From the IMG/VR virus record IMGVR_UViG_3300010347_002030: 64,000 bases of DNA. One strand, written 5' to 3'. Source of the DNA: a virus (Duplodnaviria; Caudoviricetes). The notes under the pieces were generated by a model, which saw only the letters and a list, made by a program, of their open reading frames with translations, was not told where the DNA came from and did no database searches. Below are positions 1-9,324 of the stretch, piece by piece. Position numbers and translations under genes: made by a program. Each line of letters opens with the position of its first letter. The first letter of the stretch is position 1.

Positions 1-2
1 AC

Positions 3-542
3 GTGTACACGTCTATCGGTGTTGATGGTGGAAGTAATTATTTGATGTTTATTACTGCTGCTATGGTTGAAAATTACGCCCAACCATTAGCAAGTAGCGC
101 ACTTACCTGTGATCCATCGGTAGGAACCATAACTGCTACGACTTTTATTGGTAATTTGAATGGTAATGCAACAACAGCGACCAATGCTGCTACGGCATCA
201 TTGGCATTAAGTGTTTCAAATACGTATAACACCATAACAACAAGTTCGACTTATGGAGTGACCTGTTCGTTTACACAAAGCAACCAGTACCTCACAATAA
301 CAGTTCCAGCAAGATATGTGTTTACATCTTCAAACGTACCTACAGCAGCTAACACGTTTTCTGATGTCATTTTATTTATCAATAATACAAGCACGTTTAC
401 TTCGTCTTTATCCTTCCCATCGGGATGGAGAAATTTAAACGGTGGATGGGCTACATCTATCAGTAGCAGCAGGGTTGGAGTTGTTTGGTTGAGGGCCTAT
501 GGATCGTCAATGATTGTTGGAACATATTCATCAGAAGTGTAG
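3..542 (+). CDS. Tail fibre protein, C-terminal part (5' truncated by window)
   Basis: Ser/Thr/Ala-rich with a GNLNGNATTATNAATAS segment typical of fibre shafts; the frame is open from the window edge. Confidence 0.6.
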   Translation: MYTSIGVDGGSNYLMFITAAMVENYAQPLASSALTCDPSVGTITATTFIGNLNGNATTATNAATASLALSVSNTYNTITTSSTYGVTCSFTQSNQYLTITVPARYVFTSSNVPTAANTFSDVILFINNTSTFTSSLSFPSGWRNLNGGWATSISSSRVGVVWLRAYGSSMIVGTYSSEV

Positions 543-545
543 ATT

Positions 546-1376
546 ATGTTATATGCACCGAATATACTATCTCATACGGCTCTAGATACAGTAGCCGTCA
601 CATGGGTAAGCAATGTAAAAGCTAATGGTGGAGACTGTACTCCGGAAGAAATTAGAGCAGTATCTAATTTTGTTAAATTTTTACGACCTAACGGTACTTG
701 GGATGCAATTAGGGACTGTGCCGTATTTTTGGGAACAGACATGAAAGCTGCTCAGGTTAAACTGAAAACTTATACGGGCAATTACATTATGAGTGTAACT
801 GGAACACCACAGTACACTCAGAGTTTAGGGTTATTTGCTTCGGGGTCATGGGGTTCGGGTTCCTTAAACATAGGAATAAATTTTAGAAATTGGGCAACAG
901 AAACAGGAACAGTTAACAATGCCCACTTTTCCATGATGTGTAGTCGTGGATGGGACTATAGACCGTTTGGTTGTTCAAGAGTGTGGGTGTATCAACGACA
1001 TTATCTTGTATATAACTTTGATGGTAATGGAAAATATTGTTGGGGAAATAATTCTACTTATGCATCGACTGTTTCAGGCAGTAGAATTGTAACAAAAGGA
1101 TCAGCCAATCCCGTGTACTTATACGTCAACGGTGTCTATGTCAACTCTTATACGGGTGCTGTTGATGCTGCGGGTAATCCAGCAGATTTTGTCTGGGAAG
1201 TGGGATGTGCAGTAGGATCAGAAGATGGAAGTACGAGTTATCCTCAGTATTGGCAGCTACACACGACAAAACCAATTCAATTTTATTCATTAGGCACAAA
1301 TCTTACAGCACAACAAGCATATACACTGCACACGGCCATCAATACACTCAATCAACAGTTTAATAGAGGGGTATAA
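546..1376 (+). CDS. Putative tail-fibre-associated virion protein
   Basis: 276 aa, 3 nt downstream of the fibre gene; beta-rich and aromatic; no recognised catalytic motif. Confidence 0.45.
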   Translation: MLYAPNILSHTALDTVAVTWVSNVKANGGDCTPEEIRAVSNFVKFLRPNGTWDAIRDCAVFLGTDMKAAQVKLKTYTGNYIMSVTGTPQYTQSLGLFASGSWGSGSLNIGINFRNWATETGTVNNAHFSMMCSRGWDYRPFGCSRVWVYQRHYLVYNFDGNGKYCWGNNSTYASTVSGSRIVTKGSANPVYLYVNGVYVNSYTGAVDAAGNPADFVWEVGCAVGSEDGSTSYPQYWQLHTTKPIQFYSLGTNLTAQQAYTLHTAINTLNQQFNRGV

Positions 1377-1479
1377 TTTATAAAAATATGTATTCAACGA
1401 GATTATAGCCCAATTCTATGATTTTGCTGTTTCTTTCTTTTCCATTTACGCTGAGTGGAAAATTTGTCAAACCGCAACC

Positions 1480-1487
1480 TATTTATA
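1480..1487 (+). promoter_or_regulatory. Late-promoter motif TATTTATA
   Basis: 11 nt upstream of ATG 1499; the same octamer recurs in front of many structural genes. Confidence 0.65.
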
Positions 1488-1498
1488 GATGAATCATT

Positions 1499-1843
1499 AT
1501 GGGATACGATACCAATGTAACAAGTAGTGTTCTTCAACTGTCAGTAAAACGACGTGTTGACAGAATTGATTTTAGACGCCCACCAGTAGAGGGTAATGGA
1601 TCTTTAAGAGCCAACATTTATCTTCGAGAAACAAGACTCGACGCAACGGCAGCAAGTCCACGTTCCGGAAGTATTGTTTCCGATTCTTTGTGGATGATCG
1701 AAGTTGATCGTTCTCAAATTTTGGGAGTAACGGGAGTTACAACATTTTTGAATGGAATGATTTCCTTAGCTAATGATTTGAAAGACGAATTTGACGAAAA
1801 CGGAACGCTGGTTGAGGGAAGAATAAACAAATTGGCCACTTAA
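1499..1843 (+). CDS. Hypothetical late protein
   Basis: 114 aa ORF behind TATTTATA. Confidence 0.6.
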   Translation: MGYDTNVTSSVLQLSVKRRVDRIDFRRPPVEGNGSLRANIYLRETRLDATAASPRSGSIVSDSLWMIEVDRSQILGVTGVTTFLNGMISLANDLKDEFDENGTLVEGRINKLAT

Positions 1844-2496
1844 AACGAGACTGTTTTCTCATGTCTTAAAACAACCGTTGGGTCAATCCATATTTTGAAT
1901 CCGGCTCTTGTTGCCTTCCGGCAAAATCCAACGTCTTCTGAACAGAAATCGTAAATACCGTTTTCAAATTCAAAAAATTCTGGTGGGAACCATGGATATC
2001 CTATTTTTTCAAAGACTCCTTTCTTAACAAGCACAAACCCAAGTCCAGTATAAACAACCTCAAACGGTTGTTTATTATAAAGAATCGGATCATTTGTTTT
2101 TAAGAATTCAAAAGTTCCATTTTTCTGAAAGTAGTCAATATTCCATTCCTTAACTACTGGATATGCTATACCACCTTCCATAGGATAAAGGCCACTCACA
2201 ATGTCTTTGTCTTTATGAGATAGGAGTTGAATGAAATGTTGCGGAGTAAAAAGAATATCCGAGTCAATCCACATGATATAATCGTAGTTGATTTCTCCAT
2301 TAAAAGGAACTTGATTCTTCCCTCTAAGGACATCTGCTCCAAGACACATTGATCGAACGTAATAAACGTTGGAACTATAACGATTTGATAGGAAAAAGTT
2401 AATGCCATTGGATTGGCAGTATCCTACAAGCTGCGTCCAACTTTGGAGAAAGGCTCCTGAAAAGGACTTGCCGGGAAGGCAAAAAACGATATTCAT
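1840..2496 (-). CDS. GT-A fold glycosyltransferase-like protein
   Basis: YDYIMWIDSD (DxD), GLGFVLVKKGVFE, SEDVGFC, IWIDPTVVLRHEK: GT2-like motif order. Confidence 0.75.
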   Translation of the reverse strand: MNIVFCLPGKSFSGAFLQSWTQLVGYCQSNGINFFLSNRYSSNVYYVRSMCLGADVLRGKNQVPFNGEINYDYIMWIDSDILFTPQHFIQLLSHKDKDIVSGLYPMEGGIAYPVVKEWNIDYFQKNGTFEFLKTNDPILYNKQPFEVVYTGLGFVLVKKGVFEKIGYPWFPPEFFEFENGIYDFCSEDVGFCRKATRAGFKIWIDPTVVLRHEKTVSF

Positions 2497-2564
2497 AGAT
2501 GCAAAATAATTCTTCGATGCTATATATCATACACAGATAATCGTAAAATTCAAGTTTTTTTATT

Positions 2565-2867
2565 ATGTCAAATCCAATCAAGTTTACTGAACAGGAAATG
2601 GCCGAAATTCGAATGCTTCAAGAAAAATTTCAAGAAAAGGTATTCGAGTTTGGCCGGTTTCATCTTGAACGCAAAAATCTTTTGGCTCTGGTTAATGAGC
2701 TAGAGAGCCGAGAAAAGAAAGCCGAAGAGGAATATTCCCAACTCCAAGAAATGGAATCTTCACTTCTAGAGAAGCTTACTAAGAAATATGGTGAAGGTCA
2801 ATTGAACCTTCAAGACGGTACATTCATTGCAACGAATCCTCCTCCTTCAACTCCTTCTTCATCTTGA
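2565..2867 (+). CDS. Small coiled-coil protein (possible chaperone)
   Basis: 100 aa, E/K/Q-rich heptads, C-terminal KYGEGQLNLQDGTF. Confidence 0.6.
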   Translation: MSNPIKFTEQEMAEIRMLQEKFQEKVFEFGRFHLERKNLLALVNELESREKKAEEEYSQLQEMESSLLEKLTKKYGEGQLNLQDGTFIATNPPPSTPSSS

Positions 2868-2871
2868 TTTT

Positions 2872-3432
2872 ATGACTCCGGAAGAGTTCATTTTTGAGTA
2901 TTTGAAGGCGGATCAAGATACAGGTGCGGGTTCCTATGAAAAAATGGTATCTCTGGCGAAGGGTATCGACTGGGAACAGGTTAAATCATACATTTTGAAA
3001 TTACGTTACTTTTACTTCTTAAAGACTTCTTACTGGATGATAATCTCCGCAGAAGTAAAACGTCGAGCAGGATGGAAATGTGCATGTGGCAAACGTGAAG
3101 GACTTCAAGTTCATCATACAGAAGAAGCGAATATTCATCATGGAGAAGAACATCTTTTCATGTCCAATCTTGTCTGTTTATGCGGCGATTGTCACAGAAA
3201 ACTTCATCCCGTGGCGACTATAAAAGCCAACGAAAAGAAACGTCAACGGAACCAACGAAAAGAAAGTCTTCTATCCCAACTTCCTTTTTATCCAAATACA
3301 GTAAGTGAGGAAACTCTTAGCGGGTCGTCAATCGGATTAACCAGAAAACTTCTGGAAGAATTAGAACAAGAAAGAAAAATTGTCATCAATCGAACCATGT
3401 ATGAAGGCTGGAAAATTCATCGGTGTACATAA
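2872..3432 (+). CDS. HNH endonuclease
   Basis: WKCACG...LQVHH...NLVCLCGDCHRKLH; ATG 2872 preferred over TTG 2827. Confidence 0.8.
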   Translation: MTPEEFIFEYLKADQDTGAGSYEKMVSLAKGIDWEQVKSYILKLRYFYFLKTSYWMIISAEVKRRAGWKCACGKREGLQVHHTEEANIHHGEEHLFMSNLVCLCGDCHRKLHPVATIKANEKKRQRNQRKESLLSQLPFYPNTVSEETLSGSSIGLTRKLLEELEQERKIVINRTMYEGWKIHRCT

Positions 3433-3459
3433 GAAACGCCCCCACTCAGGGGCGTTTCT
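3432..3459. terminator. Intrinsic terminator hairpin, possibly bidirectional
   Basis: agaaacgcccc-cactca-ggggcgtttct perfect stem directly after the HNH stop. Confidence 0.75.
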
Positions 3460-3560
3460 ACTATAGAGTAGAGTGGTGGCAGTCAAAAACAATGAACGAT
3501 TGTTATATTCCTACCACTCCACCCTTACTCGTGACTTAATTTGGATGGATCTCCATCCGA
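3433..3560. ncRNA. Candidate structured small RNA (no ORF)
   Basis: Nested stems in an ORF-free gap between a minus-strand TATTTATA (3562-3569) and the terminator; see findings. Confidence 0.35.
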
Positions 3561-3630
3561 TTATAAATATTGAAAAAATTCCGTAAATATCACCTCGCAT
3601 AGATTTTTTGTTTTTCTGTTTTTCTGGGGA

Positions 3631-3638
3631 TATTTATA
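3631..3638 (+). promoter_or_regulatory. Late-promoter motif TATTTATA for the tail sheath gene
   Basis: 39 nt upstream of ATG 3678; SD-like AAAGGA also present. Confidence 0.7.
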
Positions 3639-3677
3639 AGCAGTCATTCAATGAACCAGAGCAAAGGAACATAACTT

Positions 3678-6600
3678 ATGCCAATCACAGAAGGTGGAAG
3701 ATTTTCTCCCGTAGATAGAATTGTGAGCCCCGGTGTATTTACAAGAGAGAATGATCTCTCTGGACTTGCCCAAGGGGTTGCCGATATCGGTGCTGTGGTC
3801 GTGGCCCCTTTCCCAAAGGGACCGGGATTCTCACCAACCATCGTCGAAAGTACAGCAGATCTTGAAGAGAGGTTTGGTGTGGCTGACGGTGTTTACTACG
3901 GCCCATATACTGCCAAGGAATACCTTATTGAAAAGGGGTTTGTAACCGTTTGTCGTGTCGGTGCGTTGACGGGGTACCATCAAAAGTATCCGCTTGTCAT
4001 TTACGCCATTAAGGGTAATTGGTTGCGTGACGCAGATGCCGGATGGACTAAACCAAGTTCATCCTATGCTTATATTACACAAGCACTTTTGTCTTCATCC
4101 TCATTCATAACCTATGCTTCGAACAGCTTGGGCAGCGGTAATGATATTTCCTATTCCGGTGTTACTGGTTCTTTAGCAATTCCAAACGTTCCCGTTGTTG
4201 TAACATTTGCTAATGTAGCTGCTACTGGTACAGCAAATGGTTCTCGTGCCAACGGAAGTTTGTATTACAGTAACTTGACTCAAGATTTGGGAACTTTCAC
4301 AATCCTGCTTCCATATGTTGGAACAGCAAGTTACGCTTTAACAGGTTCAAATCCATCAGTTCGTGATACTGCTATCAAGAATTACTTGATTGCCGATGGA
4401 TTGAAGAATCGTTGGCCGAATGATATTGTCGTCCCATATTCAAGTTCAATAGTTCGAACGGATATTTGGGCCGGAACCGGCGACTTCCCGTTTGTTTCAA
4501 CATTTGCCCTAAATACCACAATGTCGATTAGTACGACTTGCGGTGTAACCACATATTTCTTGGAAGGGCTTATTACTGGCTCATTTGGTGCCTACAACGG
4601 ATTGTTCGAGTCCGATGGAGACCCAGTTTATGACGCATGTAGCAGATCGTGGACGGCTGGAAATGCCGAGTACAAAGTGTTGGCAATTCTTGCTGATACT
4701 CAAAACGCAGCGATTAACACATCGCTTGAAGCTCCCGGTTTCAGCGGTTCTACGATGACTACGGCAAGCCAGCCAAGTTCAACGATTCCTGTAGATTACA
4801 ATCTCACATTGAAATCCACGAATAGCGACACTCCTTACGGAATCTACAACTTTTCGTTGAATCCTGCTTCTACGAAATACATCACTTCGGTCTTTGGTAA
4901 TGACCCAACGGCTGGTGATCCAGATACGTATGTTGCAGGAACCAAGAAAGAAGCTGCCTATATTTACAAAATCTTTGAAAATGAAATCGCCGCAGTTGTG
5001 GCCGATCCAACAAAATGGTGGATTTCTGGAAGTTTCTTGCCGGATACCGTTTTCGCCGGTGAACCGATGAAATTCACTGACGATTATTCGTTGGATTTAA
5101 ACAACGGTGATTCGGCGTTTGGTTTAACCAACGCTTCTACCCCATGGGTTGTTTCGCAAAAAATTTCTCCATGGAACGGTGGTTCTCCAACACGTTTCAA
5201 TCTTTTCAGGCTTCATACCTTGTCAGATGGAACGAACATGAACACGGCCTACAAGATTGAAATCAGCAACGTTAAGTTAGCTGGTACAGTTGCGGGACAA
5301 GATTGGGGTTCTTTCACACTAACAGTTCGAGCTTATAGTGACACTGACAGAAAACCAAAGATTCTCCAACAATTCAATAACTTGAATCTCGATCCAAATT
5401 CTTCGAATTATATTGCTCGCAGAATTGGTGACAGATACAACTATATTGACTTCAATGGTAAGATTCTGGAATTCGGAACTTACGAAAATCAAAGCAAGTA
5501 TATCCGTGTTGAGATGAACGATATTCCGTGGCCCGTTTCAGCAGTGCCATATGGATTCGCTCCTTACTCAGTTCCTATCAACAGTGCGGCTGGATATTGG
5601 TGTCCTCCTATGAAGTACACCAAAGCATCGGTGTATGGATCAAATCCCGGTAAGTATCCGTCAGGTGTTAACTTTGATGACGCACCAGCAGGTGCCGATA
5701 GTGAACTCGCTGGATTGTATCCAACAGCATCGGCTGGTATTGGAACAGCAGATGATAACAAAGAATACTTCGCTCCATTGCCAGAGTTCGGTGCGTATAG
5801 CAGTATTGGTAGAAATACTACCTTCGCATTGGATTCAGAAATCACTGATGGCGGTGTTTCGACGGGTTCAATCATTAATGGTTCGAATATCATTCCGGCA
5901 GAGTATGACGCTTCCATGGAAACTACTTACGTCAAGATGCGTAAATTCGTCTTCGGTTTCCAAGGTGGGTTTGATGGTCAATCACCAGCAATCCCAATCA
6001 ACGTTGGTGCCGATATTACCCCCGGCAACACACAGGGTCTAAACTGTGCAAACATCAACACGGCTGGTTCTATTGCCTACAAACAATGTATCTCCGCACT
6101 CGGAAATGCAGACGAGTGGGATATCAACATGATTGTGACTCCCGGTATCATCTATGAGCATCACTCTTATGTAACCAATCTTGTGGTTGATATGTGCGAA
6201 GCCCGTGGTGATTGCTTCTACATCCTTGATCTTTATCAAGATGACGGCAATCCAAGCAGCGGTCAGATTGAATCTGTGGTGGCTCTTGCGGCAGAGTTTG
6301 ATACGAACTATGCTGCCGCTTACTACCCATGGGTTAAAATCAAAGACACCAACACTAACAAGATCATTACGGTTCCTCCGTCTGTTGTTCTTCCTGCGGT
6401 ATATGCGGCTAACGACAAAGTAGCTGGAGAATGGTGGGCGGTTGCAGGTTTGAATCGTGGTGGAATCCCACAAGCCAAGATGGTCACCGACCGTACTACT
6501 CATCAGGAACGGGATGACCTCTATGAAGGCAAAGTCAATCCAATCGCCGCATTCCCCGGTCAGGGCATCGTGGTTTGGGGTCAAAAGACATTGCAGAACA

Positions 6601-6938
6601 GTTCGTCGGCACTCGACAGAATTAACGTTCGTCGTCTGCTCATCGAAATCAAGAAATTCTTCGCCTCTACGGCACGCTACTTGGTGTTTGAACAGAATAC
6701 GGCAGCAACTCGCAACCGCTTCTTGGCAATCGTCAATCCATACCTCCAGAGCATTCAGCAACGCTCGGGTCTGTATGCATTCGAGGTTGTGATGGATGAA
6801 ACCAACAATACACCAGATATAATCGACCAAAATATTCTTTACGGTCAAATCTACTTGAAGCCAACCAAGACGGCTGAGTTCATCATCTTCGACTTCAACA
6901 TCCTGCCAACAGGTGCGACGTTTGGAGCGGGTGCCTAA
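3678..6938 (+). CDS. Tail sheath protein (gp18-like)
   Basis: N-terminal SPGVFTRENDLS; C-terminal YYPWVKI, WWAVAGLNRG, VWGQKTLQ, LDRINVRRLL, MDETNNTPDIID, KTAEFI sheath motifs. Confidence 0.95.
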   Translation: MPITEGGRFSPVDRIVSPGVFTRENDLSGLAQGVADIGAVVVAPFPKGPGFSPTIVESTADLEERFGVADGVYYGPYTAKEYLIEKGFVTVCRVGALTGYHQKYPLVIYAIKGNWLRDADAGWTKPSSSYAYITQALLSSSSFITYASNSLGSGNDISYSGVTGSLAIPNVPVVVTFANVAATGTANGSRANGSLYYSNLTQDLGTFTILLPYVGTASYALTGSNPSVRDTAIKNYLIADGLKNRWPNDIVVPYSSSIVRTDIWAGTGDFPFVSTFALNTTMSISTTCGVTTYFLEGLITGSFGAYNGLFESDGDPVYDACSRSWTAGNAEYKVLAILADTQNAAINTSLEAPGFSGSTMTTASQPSSTIPVDYNLTLKSTNSDTPYGIYNFSLNPASTKYITSVFGNDPTAGDPDTYVAGTKKEAAYIYKIFENEIAAVVADPTKWWISGSFLPDTVFAGEPMKFTDDYSLDLNNGDSAFGLTNASTPWVVSQKISPWNGGSPTRFNLFRLHTLSDGTNMNTAYKIEISNVKLAGTVAGQDWGSFTLTVRAYSDTDRKPKILQQFNNLNLDPNSSNYIARRIGDRYNYIDFNGKILEFGTYENQSKYIRVEMNDIPWPVSAVPYGFAPYSVPINSAAGYWCPPMKYTKASVYGSNPGKYPSGVNFDDAPAGADSELAGLYPTASAGIGTADDNKEYFAPLPEFGAYSSIGRNTTFALDSEITDGGVSTGSIINGSNIIPAEYDASMETTYVKMRKFVFGFQGGFDGQSPAIPINVGADITPGNTQGLNCANINTAGSIAYKQCISALGNADEWDINMIVTPGIIYEHHSYVTNLVVDMCEARGDCFYILDLYQDDGNPSSGQIESVVALAAEFDTNYAAAYYPWVKIKDTNTNKIITVPPSVVLPAVYAANDKVAGEWWAVAGLNRGGIPQAKMVTDRTTHQERDDLYEGKVNPIAAFPGQGIVVWGQKTLQNSSSALDRINVRRLLIEIKKFFASTARYLVFEQNTAATRNRFLAIVNPYLQSIQQRSGLYAFEVVMDETNNTPDIIDQNILYGQIYLKPTKTAEFIIFDFNILPTGATFGAGA

Positions 6939-6972
6939 AACGGAAAAGATAAAAAGATAAAAAGATACTCAG

Positions 6973-7003
6973 AAAGACCCTCGAATTCGAGGGTCTTTTT
7001 TTT
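6973..7003 (+). terminator. Intrinsic terminator after sheath
   Basis: aaagaccctcg-aatt-cgagggtcttt followed by a T run. Confidence 0.85.
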
Positions 7004-7074
7004 CGTTGTTTCTATATAAAAAGTTGCTTTTCTTCTTTTATATGATATTTATCCATAAAATCAGTAGTATTGTT

Positions 7075-8583
7075 ATGACCGAAAGAGGACTAAAAATAAA
7101 AGAAGCATTCAGGAAAAAATACGGGGTTGATCATCCATCTCAATTAGAATCTGTCAAAGAAAAAATAAGGCAAAAACGATTGAGCGGGGCGTATGCTAAC
7201 GTAAGAGAGAAAATAAAAAAGACCTTATTAGAAAAGTATGGTGATGAAAATTATGTTAATATTAAAAAAACATTGGAGACAAAGAAAACGAGATACGGAA
7301 GCCCAACATATAATAACCGGGAGAAAATGAAAAAGACAATTTTGGAGAAATACAAAATGAAAGTTTCTCCAAATACTTTGGCATCAACCACTTCAAGATC
7401 TCGAAGTGGAGAAATTGGATTTGGGTCTTCTAAATTTAAGAGTTATCTTTCCTCGCAAGGGATTTCCAACATTTCTCAACTCCCAGAAATTAAGCAGAAA
7501 AGAAAAGAAAATCGGAGATCCCAGATGATAAATTCTTTGTTTAATGGGGACCGATTAAAATCCTTGGTCATTCCGTTATTTCAACCTGACGAATACAAAA
7601 ATTCGGATTATCATTCTCTCTACAAATTTAGATGTTGTAAATGTGGAAATGAGTTTGAGGATACTTTGTATTCTGGAAACATTCCACGGTGTTTACGTTG
7701 TTACCCCCACCATCGATTTCAATCGTCCATTGAAAATGAAATGCGTTCTTTTTTGCTTTCAGAAAATATCACAGTAAAAATACACGACAGAACCATACTC
7801 AATGGAAATGAAATAGACATTTTATTGCCTGAAAAAAGTATTGGAATCGAATGTAATGGAATTATGTGGCATAGTGAAGTATTCGGAAAAAAGAGTAAGC
7901 GATATCATATTGAAAAATCGTTGCTTGCCGAAAAAAAAGGAATTAGATTGCTTCATGTGCTCGATTGGGAATGGATCAATAAACAAGATATCATAAAAAG
8001 CATATTATTGAACTGTCTGGGACTGTCGGAAACCATTTATGCTAGAAAATGCAAAATACGTGTTCCCACTCCCAATGAAAAATCTTCATTCTTAACACAA
8101 AACCACATTCAAGGAAACGATAAAAGCTCGGTATGTTTTGGACTCTATTATAATGAAGTTCTTGTGTCAATTATGACATTTTGTAAATCCAGATATGATA
8201 AAAAATATCAGTATGAAATGTCACGATTTTGTAATAAAAACGGCGTAAATGTTGTCGGTGGAGCGTCCAAACTTTTTTCATATTTCGTCCATCAGTATGA
8301 TCCAATTTCAATTGTATCCTATTGTGATAAACGGTTTTTTAATGGAAGAGTATATGAAAAATGTGGAATGAAACGAGACAAAGATACTTCTCCAAACTAT
8401 ATGTATTTTCATCCTAATAAAGGGGTTCCAATACATCGAATGAAATTTCAAAAACATAAACTTAAAAAAATCTTGAGCATCTACGACCCTAATCTAACCG
8501 AATGGCAAAATATGCAATTAAATGGATATGATAGAATTTGGGATTGTGGTCACCACAAATATGTTTGGACGAGGTTCGAATAG
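7075..8583 (+). CDS. Hef-like homing endonuclease family protein (KYG repeats, Zn ribbon, PD-(D/E)XK-like domain, C-terminal GNAT-like domain)
   Basis: KKYGVDHPSQ/KYGDENY repeats, CCKCG...CLRC, EIDILLP...GIECNGIMWH, YEMSRFC...GGASKLF...SYCDKRF...IWDCG; TATTTATC at 7046-7053; start may be further upstream. Confidence 0.75.
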   Translation: MTERGLKIKEAFRKKYGVDHPSQLESVKEKIRQKRLSGAYANVREKIKKTLLEKYGDENYVNIKKTLETKKTRYGSPTYNNREKMKKTILEKYKMKVSPNTLASTTSRSRSGEIGFGSSKFKSYLSSQGISNISQLPEIKQKRKENRRSQMINSLFNGDRLKSLVIPLFQPDEYKNSDYHSLYKFRCCKCGNEFEDTLYSGNIPRCLRCYPHHRFQSSIENEMRSFLLSENITVKIHDRTILNGNEIDILLPEKSIGIECNGIMWHSEVFGKKSKRYHIEKSLLAEKKGIRLLHVLDWEWINKQDIIKSILLNCLGLSETIYARKCKIRVPTPNEKSSFLTQNHIQGNDKSSVCFGLYYNEVLVSIMTFCKSRYDKKYQYEMSRFCNKNGVNVVGGASKLFSYFVHQYDPISIVSYCDKRFFNGRVYEKCGMKRDKDTSPNYMYFHPNKGVPIHRMKFQKHKLKKILSIYDPNLTEWQNMQLNGYDRIWDCGHHKYVWTRFE

Positions 8584-8606
8584 AATTTGTTTCTATATTT
8601 ATACGT

Positions 8607-9275
8607 ATGATCCGATTAAAACAACTCCTGCGAGAAATCTATCTGAGTCATCTACATGAGGTTGGTGATGATCCAGATTATAATGCCATCGAAGATTTTT
8701 ATCGTCGCCGAGAGGAACAGTTATATGACCTTGCAATACATTTGAAGCAAAGCGGGGGAAAGGGACGTGTTCCATGGAAAACTATTCCGGCTTCCTTGCT
8801 AAAACGAGTTTGGTTTACCTTTGGAAAATACAATAGAGTAAAAGAAAATGACATCGATAAAATAGCCGACCAGATTCTTACAAATATTGCCCGACTTCAA
8901 GCTTCCACCGAAATGATGGGTCATACCTCATACGATCCACGTCCAGAAATCGAAGAAAACTTCGGAATTACCTTCACCGATGAAGAATGGGACAATTGGA
9001 TGGCAGATTATTTTACAAACAAACACGGCAATTGGTTGATCAGTGATTATGGTCTCAGACCATTGAAGAATCTATACCATGTTATTTTTAACGCTAAGAC
9101 TCCAGAGGAAAAACTTTATGCCTGTGACAAGGCATTGAACGTAGTTCATCGAAGAGGTGATTTAGCAGAAATGTTCGTCGAAGGGGGGACTGCAACACTA
9201 GAGGCCATCGCAACTCAAGGCGGATATTCCTATTCTGGTAAATACGGTGACGTAAATCGGGAATTTGATCGGTAA
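8607..9275 (+). CDS. Hypothetical late protein with MIRLKQLLRE N-terminal motif
   Basis: ATG 3 nt after TATTTATA (8596-8603); avoids overlap with the upstream gene. Confidence 0.7.
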   Translation: MIRLKQLLREIYLSHLHEVGDDPDYNAIEDFYRRREEQLYDLAIHLKQSGGKGRVPWKTIPASLLKRVWFTFGKYNRVKENDIDKIADQILTNIARLQASTEMMGHTSYDPRPEIEENFGITFTDEEWDNWMADYFTNKHGNWLISDYGLRPLKNLYHVIFNAKTPEEKLYACDKALNVVHRRGDLAEMFVEGGTATLEAIATQGGYSYSGKYGDVNREFDR

Positions 9276-9324
9276 TGTTTATCTTGACAGGAAGGTTTAT
9301 CCTGCTATATTTATAGGTTGAAAT

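Noticed and set aside
4340-4360. GGTTCAAATCC tRNA T-loop-like sequence
   Set aside because: Inside the sheath CDS with no cloverleaf around it
6039-6848. 269-aa minus-strand ORF and similar long antisense ORFs (10719, 23533, 29918, 41590)
   Set aside because: Shadow frames of well-supported genes
6944-6967. AAAAGATA x3 after the sheath stop
   Set aside because: Short slippage-type repeat next to a terminator; nothing suggests function
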